Assembly: GCA_012517355.1 (NCBI GenBank)
Contig: JAAYVD010000172.1
Coordinates: 64,081-128,080 of the forward strand
Length of the DNA stretch: 64,000 bases
From: Candidatus Rifleibacteriota bacterium
Lineage (GTDB): Bacteria > Muiribacteriota > Ozemobacteria > Ozemobacterales > Ozemobacteraceae
Reading direction: 5' to 3'
The notes under the pieces are model-generated. The model saw nothing but the letters and a program-made list of their open reading frames with translations. It made no database searches and had not been told where the DNA came from. Below are positions 55,728 through 64,000 of this stretch, in pieces; the stretch's first letter is position 1, and each line of letters opens with the position of its first letter. Position numbers and translations under genes: made by a program.

Positions 55728-58700
55728 TCATTCCACCTCCACCAGGAAACTCTCCGAGTGGCTGTTGAACTCCGGCGCGTACATGCACTGGATCTCGGTC
55801 ATGCCGGTCTGGTAGCGGCCCTTGTGCTGCACCCGCAGATCGTACTCGAAGACGTAGGTGCCCTTGGGCAGGTAGTCGATGAAGAAATGCGAGGCGGTGT
55901 CCTTGGTCGACTGGTAGTAGGCCAGGCCGTCCTGGTACCGGTAGGTCGACAGCACGTCGACCGGCTCCATGCCGCTGCCGCGCTGGTCCTTCATATGCAC
56001 GTATTCCATGTCGCGGTCGGTGCGCAGCTCGATCCGCACGGTCACCAGGTCGCCGACGGCAGCCTTGCCCGCCAGCGGCGTCAGCACCGGGCCCTTGGCG
56101 GAATCGGCCTTCACGAACAGGGTCTTTTTCAGCTTCAGGTTCGTCTCGTGCGGGGTGACCTTGCTCATGTCCTCGAGATACTGCCAGTGCAGGCCGCCCC
56201 AGGCGACCCCGGCATCCTCCTTGGTCACCTTGACCTCACCCATGGCCGGTGTGACGGCGGCACCCTCGTACCGCTTCTCGTAGAACCCGGTGCCGGCCTC
56301 GACCTTCTCCGGCTTCACCTCGACGCCGCCCAGGCTGACCGCCACGAGCTTGTCCGAGGCCAGCAGGGTGGCGCCTTTCAAAAGCAGGGCGTAGACGGCG
56401 TCGGCCGTGGCCTTGGTGGTCTTCCAGTCCTGCGTCTGCTTCTGCTTCAGCAACCAAACCTTGCAGTCCTCGACGCCCTCGGCGTCCTTGCCGATCTCGT
56501 CGAACACCTCGACCATCAGCGCCTGCGTCTCGATGGGCGCGCGGTACCACCACCACGACAGTTCGGTGTCCCGCCAGAAGCGGCCCAGTTCCGCGTCGGT
56601 GACGCTGCGTTCCTTCATGCTGTCGTAGATCGCCTTCGCGGTGGCCGCGTCGCCGAACCGCGCCAGGCCCAGGGCGAGGTGCCCCTGCGACAGCCGGCAG
56701 TCGAGCTGCAGCCAGTATTTCTTCGCCTGCCTCAGGAAGTAGTCGACCGCCTCCTTTGCCGTGCCGGGGATCGGCCGGTCTTTCAAAAAGAAGCTGCGCC
56801 CGTACAGATACAGCGCGATCGTCGACGACAGGTGGTTCTCGTTGGCGTTCCCCCAGCGCAGGATCTCGCGGTAGGTCGTGTTGATCCAGCTGTCGAGGTG
56901 GCCGAGGGCGCGCACCGCCAGGTCGGTCTCGACGTCGACGCCCAGGTGCCGCAGCCGGCCGAAGCCGGTCACGATGTACAGCGTGATGAAGGAATCGCCG
57001 CGCCCGCCGGGGAACCAGGGCCAGCTGCCGTCGCCGAGCTGCATCTTGGCCAGCTTGTCGCGGGCCTTCCCCAGCTCCGAATCCAGCCGGTTCCCGTCGA
57101 ACAGCACCCCGAGGTTGTGCTTCGCCTCCGTTTCCGACTTCGCCTGCCGCACCCAGGGCGTCTCGAGCAGCACCACGCTCTTGAGCTGCTCGTTCTTCTC
57201 CAGGTTCGACTTCAGCGCGGTGCCGCCCTGACCCTCCTCCGCCTTCCAGGCGTCGAAGATCTTGCGGATGCGCGGGTCGGAGGCCGCGATGAACCGGGCC
57301 AGCGTGTTCGCATACAGCCGGTTGAAGGTCTGCTCGGAACACTCGTGCGGGAACTCCATCAGGTAGGGAAGCGCCTGCACCGCGTACCAGGCCGGGTTCG
57401 AGGTCATCTGCACGGTCAGCGCCTGGGTCGTCAGGGTGTCCGATGTCCCGCTGTCGAGCAGCTTCTGCAGCTTGAAGGTCTTGCTGCCCGGCCCCCGGAT
57501 CGGCAACGGCACCGACTCGGTCACGAAGATGCGCCGCGCCAGCACCGGCACGATCGCCTCTTCCCCGTCCGACAGCTGGTCGGTCGCCCCCACCACCTTG
57601 TAGGTGACCAACCCTGGCCCGTCGGGCACCTTCAACCGCCACCCGAATGGCCGCGACTCCTTCGCTGGCACCTCGAACGGCAGGTCGGCGGCGGTCAGCC
57701 CGAACTCCGCGTCCCGCGACCGGTCGGTGGCGGGGTCGCGCAACGACAACCGCACCTTCCCCTTCAGAACGCGGTCCGACAGGTTCGTGACCTTGGCCGA
57801 GAAGACCAGCTCGTCACCCTCGCGCAGGAACCGCGGCGGGTTCGGCTGGACCATCAGGTCCTTCTGCGTGACCGTCTCCCCGCCCAGGCCGCCCGACTGG
57901 CAGCGCGGGCCGTGGGCGAAGGCCTGGAACTTCCAGGTGGTCAGCGCCTCGGGCATGGTGAAGGTCATCGTCACCGTCCCCTTGTCGTCGACCGCGAGGT
58001 GCGGGAAGAAGAAGGCCGTCTCCTGCAGGTTGGTGCGCGCCGAGACCTTGTCGAGGTCGGGCGCCGGGGCCGGCGCCGCCGTGGCTTGGGGAACCGGGCC
58101 CGCCCCGCCGGTGTCCTGCTTTTCCAAACTCGCCGCCTCCCGCCGGCTCGGGGCTTCCTGGGGCATATCCGCGCTGGGCGCGGCCATCGACAGGCTCGGC
58201 TGCACCATGGACGGGCTCGGTGGCGGCATCCCCTCCATGTCGGCGAAGTTGGCCCGCAGGCCGCCGCCCTTGTACCGGGCGAACTCGTAGCCGCCGAAGT
58301 TGATCAGGACATTCGGCGGCAGCTGCGGGTAGCCGCGGGTGGCGAACCCTCCGCCGTGGTACCAGTCGTCCCAGAACGACTGGAAGGTCACCAGGTGGTT
58401 CGCCGTCTGGGCGTTGGCGTCGTCGTACTCCTCGCGGAAGAACCCGAACCCGCTCAGCCACTGGAACGGAGCGAAGGCGTCGAGCGAGGCGTCGTACAGC
58501 CCCGCCACCACCTCGATCGCCTTTTTCCCCGCGTCGGGGCCCGACAGCGTCAGGGTCCAGGTCTCCTTCTGCCCGGGCGCCATCTTCGAGGTGAAATGCC
58601 CGAAACTCATCTGCAACCGCTTGTTCGACCAGGGAACGGCCACGCGCAGGGTCTGCTGGAAGGCCCGGTTCTCGCGCATCTGCCGCACCCGCACCAGGAA

Positions 58701-61697
58701 GCCACCCCGCATCGATTCGTCGATCGGCACCTCGAGCAGGTGCTGCGTGGCGCCGGGCGTGGTCCAGAAGGACTTGACGATGTGGTGCCGGTGCTCGACC
58801 TCGATGAAGGCCCGCCCTTCGCCGTAGCCCGTTCCCCACAGGGCCCGGAACGTCTCCCCGGGCTCGACCGACCCGGTCTGCGCCTCCACGAGGAAGGGGA
58901 CCTTGATGCCCAGGGCGGTCGCCGCGGGGTCGACCACCGTCAGGTCGAGCTTGCTGGTGACCGGCTTGTTGAACCGGTCGCGACTGGTCGCCACCAGCCG
59001 GTAAGCGCCGGCCGGCAGCGTGAACTTCAGGGTCGTGGTGCCGTCCACCGAGGTCTGGAAGGACTCCTCGGCGACCACTTCGCCTTCCTCCCAGGTGGCG
59101 GGGTTGGAACGGTCGGGGTCGTCGGCGTCGGGCTGGCCGTCCAGGCGCGGACGCACCACCTGTGCGGGCGCCTTCAGGGCATGCACCAGCACCGCGCCGG
59201 CAGCGGGGATCCCCTTGCCGTCGAGGGTGGCGGTGGTGAGGGGAAGGGAAATCGGCTGGCCGGCCTGCATCCAGACCGGGGCCGACAGCGAAAGGTCGAG
59301 CGCGGTGTAGCCCACCCGCACCGGCCGCGTCTGCGAGCGGGTCTCGCCGGCCGTGTCGGTCACGTTGGCGGTCACCGTGTAGGTGAACACCGGCTGGTCC
59401 TTTTCGGGAATCGACAGGTCGGGCTGGGCCGGGAAGGTGACCTCGAACTTCCCCTCCTTGTCGGTCGTCGCCCGCCCGTGCGCGATCTCGCGGGAGGTCG
59501 CGCCATACCGGAAGAACCACCAGCACCAGGGCGGGAACTGGACTTCCCGCACCACCCGCCAGGTGACCTTCGCCCCGTCGATGGCCGCCCCCGTATAGGA
59601 CTTCGCCTCGCCCTTCACGGTGACCGCCTCGCCCAGCTTCCCACCCTCGGCGGGGGACTCCAGGCTCACCTGGAACTTGGGCCTCTTGTACTCCTCCACC
59701 TGGAAGGCCGCGCTGCCGTCGGCCCCCACCGCGACCAGGCGCATCTGCCCGGTCAGCCGGTCGGCCGGGGCGGTGAAGGTGCCCGAGAACGACCCGAAGG
59801 CGTTCGTCCGGACCGCCGTCTTGGCGATCTCCTGGTCGTTCGGATCGCGGAACGAAACCTCCAGGTCCCGCTCGGGAATGACCTCGTAGGTGTCCGTATC
59901 GCGGTCGATGCGCACCAGGATGCCCTTGAACTGCACGGTCTGCCCGGGCCGGTACAGCCCGCGATCGGTGAAGAACACCACCGTGGTCTCGACGGGCGCC
60001 GTCCACGGCTGGTTGGCATACAGGGCATTCGCGTCGACCAGCGTCTCCCCGTGGTGCCTGGCCACCAGGAACACGCTGTCGTCGGAAGAGGGGAGCCGGA
60101 AAGCGCCGTCCTGGTCGGTGGTGGCCGTGCCGGCGATGCGCCAGCCCCGGTCGTAGTGGTACTGCTGCGCCTCGACGGTGGCCCCGGGCACCGGCTCGCC
60201 CGTCCCGTTGTCCACCACGAGACCCTCGATCTTCCCCCAGCGGGCGCGGGTCATCAGGCCCAGCGAGGTGACCCAGACCGGGGTGTTGCGCACGGCGTTC
60301 CTCTTCCTGGAGAAATCCTTCCGCCAGCTGGCGATCAGGTAATAGAACCCGGGCTTGACGCTGGGCAGCGTGGTTCGGAAGGTCTGCGGCGCGAACTCCT
60401 TCGTCGGCGGCAGGTCGAGCCGCCATTCCTTGGCCGGGCTGGCGGCGAGGGCCGCATCGAGATCGGCCTCCTCGGGGTAGTTCGGGTTGTACCGGTTCTT
60501 GCGGAACACGCTTTTGACGTCGCGCTCCACCAGCCGGAAATGCACCTCGCCGATGTTCGTGTAGTCGACGATCAGCTCGGCGGCCGGCTGGCCCGCCACC
60601 CGCTCGGTCTTGACGGCGAGTTGCTTCTGCTCGATCTGGCCGATGAGCGCCTGGCAGTTGAGGCCCCCGATGCTCTGCGGGAACCGCTCCGCCCCCTCGC
60701 TGGCCACCGCGTGCGCCTCGGCGCGCCGTTTGCGGGCCAGCAGGTCCTGGGCGGCCAGGAACCGCGCGGTCGCCGACAGCGGGTCGGCGGCATGGGCCTT
60801 GGCCAGCTCCAGCAGGCGCTCGACGAACCGCACGCCCGCGCCTTCCCCGACCGCGTTGGCGTTGGCCCAGACGAGCCGGTGCAGGTCGGCATCCAGCAGC
60901 GCGAGGGTGTTCCCCTGCTTCTTGTGCCAGGCCATCACCTTCTGGAACAGGCCCAGCGCCTTGGCCTTCGCCGACCCCGTGTCCGTGGTGGCCGGGGCCC
61001 AGGCCAGGAACTCGTCAGCCGTGCCCAGGGCGGGGGAGTCGGCCGCGATCTCGAACGCGTCCTCGGGGACCGCGCCCGCCTGTTCCCCCGACGTGTAGAA
61101 CTCGATCGCCTGGAAAACCAAAAAGTCCCAGAGCGTGGGACGCAACTCGTCGGGCTGGTTGCCGGGGGTCAGGAACTTCCCGAGCCGGTCGATCGGCGTC
61201 GCCTGCAGCGCCGCTTCCCCTTTCAGGGCCCCGTCGTAGAGGGCGCCGATGTGCGCGAACAGCCGCGGCAGGTCCCAGGTCGTGAAGTCCTTGTCGTCGA
61301 CGCCCTGCGTCGCGGTGCGGTTCAAGAACCGCCAGTTGTTCTGCTGGAAGTAATGCCAGTACCACCGGGCCAGCACCGCCTGCAACAATGGCTGCATCTC
61401 GCCAGGCAGGGTCTTGACCGCCTCCTCGAGCCGGGTGACCTTCTCCTCGGCCTTGTTCCCCTGGATGTTCGCCTCCAGCGTGATCTTCTCGCAGAGGGCC
61501 AGCGCCGCCTGGGCGTGGTCCTTCTCGGCCAGCGCCCGCTCGAGGATCGGCTGGAGCTTCTCCACCGCCGTCTTCGGCAGGCCCTTCGCCTTGGCCGCCT
61601 CGACCTCGGACCAGGCCGCCCTCCAGTCGGCGGCCAGGGCCGGGGCGCAGGCCACGGCCAGGAGCAGCACGAGGGCGATCGTCAGGTGGTTGTGCAT
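55728..61697 (-). CDS. bacterial alpha-2-macroglobulin family protein (thioester-containing)
   Basis: About 1990 aa; signal MHNHLTIALVLLLAVACAPALA; CSEQ thioester motif (MEFPHECSEQT); MG-domain repeats; GGGAGG RBS before Met at 61697. Confidence 0.9.
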   Translation of the reverse strand: MHNHLTIALVLLLAVACAPALAADWRAAWSEVEAAKAKGLPKTAVEKLQPILERALAEKDHAQAALALCEKITLEANIQGNKAEEKVTRLEEAVKTLPGEMQPLLQAVLARWYWHYFQQNNWRFLNRTATQGVDDKDFTTWDLPRLFAHIGALYDGALKGEAALQATPIDRLGKFLTPGNQPDELRPTLWDFLVFQAIEFYTSGEQAGAVPEDAFEIAADSPALGTADEFLAWAPATTDTGSAKAKALGLFQKVMAWHKKQGNTLALLDADLHRLVWANANAVGEGAGVRFVERLLELAKAHAADPLSATARFLAAQDLLARKRRAEAHAVASEGAERFPQSIGGLNCQALIGQIEQKQLAVKTERVAGQPAAELIVDYTNIGEVHFRLVERDVKSVFRKNRYNPNYPEEADLDAALAASPAKEWRLDLPPTKEFAPQTFRTTLPSVKPGFYYLIASWRKDFSRKRNAVRNTPVWVTSLGLMTRARWGKIEGLVVDNGTGEPVPGATVEAQQYHYDRGWRIAGTATTDQDGAFRLPSSDDSVFLVARHHGETLVDANALYANQPWTAPVETTVVFFTDRGLYRPGQTVQFKGILVRIDRDTDTYEVIPERDLEVSFRDPNDQEIAKTAVRTNAFGSFSGTFTAPADRLTGQMRLVAVGADGSAAFQVEEYKRPKFQVSLESPAEGGKLGEAVTVKGEAKSYTGAAIDGAKVTWRVVREVQFPPWCWWFFRYGATSREIAHGRATTDKEGKFEVTFPAQPDLSIPEKDQPVFTYTVTANVTDTAGETRSQTRPVRVGYTALDLSLSAPVWMQAGQPISLPLTTATLDGKGIPAAGAVLVHALKAPAQVVRPRLDGQPDADDPDRSNPATWEEGEVVAEESFQTSVDGTTTLKFTLPAGAYRLVATSRDRFNKPVTSKLDLTVVDPAATALGIKVPFLVEAQTGSVEPGETFRALWGTGYGEGRAFIEVEHRHHIVKSFWTTPGATQHLLEVPIDESMRGGFLVRVRQMRENRAFQQTLRVAVPWSNKRLQMSFGHFTSKMAPGQKETWTLTLSGPDAGKKAIEVVAGLYDASLDAFAPFQWLSGFGFFREEYDDANAQTANHLVTFQSFWDDWYHGGGFATRGYPQLPPNVLINFGGYEFARYKGGGLRANFADMEGMPPPSPSMVQPSLSMAAPSADMPQEAPSRREAASLEKQDTGGAGPVPQATAAPAPAPDLDKVSARTNLQETAFFFPHLAVDDKGTVTMTFTMPEALTTWKFQAFAHGPRCQSGGLGGETVTQKDLMVQPNPPRFLREGDELVFSAKVTNLSDRVLKGKVRLSLRDPATDRSRDAEFGLTAADLPFEVPAKESRPFGWRLKVPDGPGLVTYKVVGATDQLSDGEEAIVPVLARRIFVTESVPLPIRGPGSKTFKLQKLLDSGTSDTLTTQALTVQMTSNPAWYAVQALPYLMEFPHECSEQTFNRLYANTLARFIAASDPRIRKIFDAWKAEEGQGGTALKSNLEKNEQLKSVVLLETPWVRQAKSETEAKHNLGVLFDGNRLDSELGKARDKLAKMQLGDGSWPWFPGGRGDSFITLYIVTGFGRLRHLGVDVETDLAVRALGHLDSWINTTYREILRWGNANENHLSSTIALYLYGRSFFLKDRPIPGTAKEAVDYFLRQAKKYWLQLDCRLSQGHLALGLARFGDAATAKAIYDSMKERSVTDAELGRFWRDTELSWWWYRAPIETQALMVEVFDEIGKDAEGVEDCKVWLLKQKQTQDWKTTKATADAVYALLLKGATLLASDKLVAVSLGGVEVKPEKVEAGTGFYEKRYEGAAVTPAMGEVKVTKEDAGVAWGGLHWQYLEDMSKVTPHETNLKLKKTLFVKADSAKGPVLTPLAGKAAVGDLVTVRIELRTDRDMEYVHMKDQRGSGMEPVDVLSTYRYQDGLAYYQSTKDTASHFFIDYLPKGTYVFEYDLRVQHKGRYQTGMTEIQCMYAPEFNSHSESFLVEVE

Positions 61698-61916
61698 GGG
61701 TGCCTCCCGCATGTCAAGGTCTTGCCAGTTGTACAACTGGTACTATTCCGAAAAAAAACGTTTCTTGTCGCCGCCGCCGAACCTCCGGCCGGCCGGATGG
61801 GTCCCAGGGGGAAACGGCTCTCGCGGCCGGCGGGTTTAGTTCTGGGGCAGCCGCCGCCGGCTGCCACGGACGGGCCAGGGTGGATGCGGACCGGCCCGGG
61901 GGAGGGAAGCATGGCT

Positions 61917-63545
61917 TCAGGCCTCGTCCAACCGGTCTTCCCAAAGGTACTTTCGGGTTTCCGCGACGATGACCCTGTTCAGGACGATCAGCGAGACCAG
62001 GTTGGGGATCGCCATCAGGCCGTTGGCGATATCGGCGAAAGCCCAGACCGCCTTCAGGGTGACCGTCGACCCGACCAGGACGGAGACGACCCACAGGATG
62101 CGGTAGGGCAGGATGACCCGCGAACCCAGCAGATACTCGGCGGCTTTTTCCCCGTAATATTCCCAGCCGAGGATCGTGGAGAACACGAAGGTCAACAGGC
62201 CCAGCGACAACACGATCGGGCCGATGGTCGGGATGTCGGCGAAGGCCGTCTTGGTCAGCACCCCGCCGCCCATCGACGGGGGGCGCCAGCCTTCGGCGGC
62301 GGCCAGGGGGGCGAGCAGGTCCGCCGGCAGGGAGGCCACGGTCAGCACGTCTTTCTGGAGGGCCCCGGCCGCCGAGGCCGGTTCCCGGATCGCCTCGGGA
62401 AAACCCTCGGGCAGGACGGTGACGGTCTTCCAGGCCCCCGCCTGGAGGAGGGCGGAGCGCAGGTCGGCCGGCGCCTTGCCGAAATCGAGGCCGCCGTGTT
62501 GGAAGGCGGGGGAGGCGGTGACGGTCGCCTGCAGGCTCGCCGGCAGCGTGTTCATGGGAATCTCGGACAGCAGCCAGCTCTGGGAATTGACGATGACCAG
62601 CCCGGTCATGGCGCAGACCACCACGGTGTCCCAGAAGGTGCCGGTCGAGGAGACGAGCGCCTGCCGGACCGCGTTCCTCGTCTGGGCGGCGGCGGCCACG
62701 ATGGGGGCGCTGCCCAGCCCGGATTCGTTGGAGAACAGGCCGCGGGCGATGCCGAACCGGATCGCCTGGGCGACCCCCGCGCCCAGGAAACCGCCGGTCA
62801 GCGCGGTTCCCGAAAAGGCGCTGGTAACGATCAGCACGATGCTGTCCGGGATGCGGCCGGCGTGCATGATCAGCAGGACGAGGCAGCCCAGCACGTAGGA
62901 GATGGCCATGAAGGGCACCAGGGCTTCGCAGGCCGCCGAGATCCACTTGATGCCGCCGAGGACGACAACGGCGGTCAGAACGGCTATCACGATGCCGGAG
63001 GCGTAGGTGGGAACCCCCCAGGTGTCGTGCAGCATGGTGGCGATCGAGTTCGCCTGCACCATGTTCCCGATGCCGAAGGCGGCCACGGCCGTCAGCAGGG
63101 CGAAGATCCAGCCGAGCCAGCGGGCGTTCATGCCGCGCTCGAGGACGTACATCGGCCCGCCCGCCATCTGGCCGGCCGGGGTGGTGATACGGAATTTCAC
63201 CGACAGGAGGGCTTCGGCATACTTGGTGGCGATGCCGAACACGCCGGTCAGCCACATCCAGAGGACGGCGCCGGGACCCCCGGCGGCGATGGCCGTGGCG
63301 ACGCCGACGATGTTGCCGGTGCCGATCGTGGCGGCAAGGGCCGTGGTGAGGGCACCGAACTGGCTGATGTCCCCTTCCCCCTCCTGCGACCGTTCGAGCG
63401 ACAGGCGGATCGCCTTGCCGATGGAGCGCTGGATGAACCGCAAACGGAAGGTCAGGAACAGGTGGGTGCCGAACAGCAGCAGGAGGAGCGGTGCCCCCCA
63501 GACATACCCCGCCACGAGGTCGAGGATCTTTTCCAACGCCGCCAT
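61917..63545 (-). CDS. alanine/glycine:cation symporter (AGCS) family with ~100-aa soluble insertion
   Basis: AGCS N-terminal signature and polytopic TM profile; insertion SQSWLLSEIPMNTLPASLQ...GWRPPSMGG. Confidence 0.85.
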   Translation of the reverse strand: MAALEKILDLVAGYVWGAPLLLLLFGTHLFLTFRLRFIQRSIGKAIRLSLERSQEGEGDISQFGALTTALAATIGTGNIVGVATAIAAGGPGAVLWMWLTGVFGIATKYAEALLSVKFRITTPAGQMAGGPMYVLERGMNARWLGWIFALLTAVAAFGIGNMVQANSIATMLHDTWGVPTYASGIVIAVLTAVVVLGGIKWISAACEALVPFMAISYVLGCLVLLIMHAGRIPDSIVLIVTSAFSGTALTGGFLGAGVAQAIRFGIARGLFSNESGLGSAPIVAAAAQTRNAVRQALVSSTGTFWDTVVVCAMTGLVIVNSQSWLLSEIPMNTLPASLQATVTASPAFQHGGLDFGKAPADLRSALLQAGAWKTVTVLPEGFPEAIREPASAAGALQKDVLTVASLPADLLAPLAAAEGWRPPSMGGGVLTKTAFADIPTIGPIVLSLGLLTFVFSTILGWEYYGEKAAEYLLGSRVILPYRILWVVSVLVGSTVTLKAVWAFADIANGLMAIPNLVSLIVLNRVIVAETRKYLWEDRLDEA

Positions 63546-63714
63546 CGAAGAGGTCTCCTTCTACTTGGACTCTCGGGCGTTTTCTAGCACAACGGAGGGG
63601 CGGTTGGCAATTGGGGGTGGCTGGAAAAGCCGCGTCCATGGCCATGGTCGCGGGCGGGGGGAAAGTTCGGGTGCCCCATTGAGTTTCCGGGGGACGGTAT
63701 GCTATTCTTCGGCC

Positions 63715-64000
63715 ATGCGTACGATCATTTTCGGAGTCAGCCTCTGTCTGTGTCTCGGCCTTTCGCTTCCTGCCCGGGCGGATCCCTCGGCGCGTTCCGA
63801 AGCCGAGAAGCTCGGATACTCCCCGGAAATGCTGAAGCGCCTTCCCGACCGCCATCTGCCGCGCGCTCCGAACCCGGATGCCCCGATCACGTCACGGTCC
63901 CTGGCCGGGACCGGCTCCGTCCGGGACACCGACCAGCTGTCTCCCCGGCAGTACCAGAAGGCCGAATCGGTGACGATGGTGCCGTACCTGCTGGCGCTGC
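63715..64000 (+). CDS. hypothetical secreted protein, N-terminal fragment (runs off window end)
   Basis: MRTIIFGVSLCLCLGLSLPARA signal peptide; high GC3 frame. Confidence 0.4.
   Translation, partial: MRTIIFGVSLCLCLGLSLPARADPSARSEAEKLGYSPEMLKRLPDRHLPRAPNPDAPITSRSLAGTGSVRDTDQLSPRQYQKAESVTMVPYLLAL

Noticed and set aside
55635-63587. 2650-aa ORF on plus strand (and similar giant ORFs 208..3855, 26082..29339, 30911..32986-, 32898..35486-, 35095..37410-, 8475..10721- etc.)
   Set aside because: These are antisense to clearly real genes (A2M, AGCS, nuclease, ornithine cluster). Translations are Arg/Gly/Pro/Ala-rich low-complexity typical of stop-codon-poor high-GC DNA; no domain signatures.
1-64000. 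tRNA/rRNA/tmRNA/RNase P scan by eye (T-loop GGTTCGAAT, RNase P AGGAAAGTCCGGGC, tmRNA tag)
   Set aside because: No convincing matches; the few TTCGAA hits are inside CDSs without acceptor-stem context.

Overview
This 64-kb window is high-GC (~68%) bacterial chromosomal DNA. It is probably from an uncultivated anaerobe; I cannot place it taxonomically from sequence alone. Intergenic spacers are long, and the many long antisense ORFs are high-GC frame artefacts. I support about 45 protein-coding genes and no tRNA, rRNA or CRISPR array. Recognisable loci, left to right: a CHAD-domain protein, a large lipoprotein, and a DUF362 protein. A MoxR AAA+ ATPase with an N-terminal extension, a DUF58 protein and a transglutaminase/DUF4129 protein form an operon, with a DUF1622 membrane protein just downstream. 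serC and serA lie convergent to it. Further right are a 2x[4Fe-4S] ferredoxin, a GH13-like glycosidase, an MFS transporter and a type III glutamine synthetase. Next is a 1282-1294 aa protein built from FIVE tandem Cas4/AddB-type Fe-S PD-(D/E)XK nuclease modules, with a divergent small SAM methyltransferase. A complete oxidative ornithine-degradation cluster follows (ord-ortA-ortB-oraS-oraE-glmL-like ... orr-alr), with a Thg1-like tRNA(His) guanylyltransferase homolog embedded in it. Then come tldD-pmbA, an unknown 157-aa gene and a beta-CASP MBL RNase; three tandem paralogous secreted TPR-like proteins; and a small Cys-rich protein. A TAT-DUF362 plus NapH/NapG-like polyferredoxin pair, a PDZ/alpha-beta hydrolase, a 1990-aa alpha-2-macroglobulin and an AGCS symporter complete the window. 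Several non-coding repeat families are not explained by the genes: a ~165-nt structured element in inverted copies 37 kb apart, an 81-bp double-hairpin tandem repeat, ~150-bp polypyrimidine tandem repeats, and a (GAAATTCCC)5 array abutting the nuclease stop codon. The most unusual item is the five-domain Fe-S nuclease; the repeat families and the Thg1-containing ornithine cluster come next. All coordinates are from manual reading and start codons are approximate where noted.
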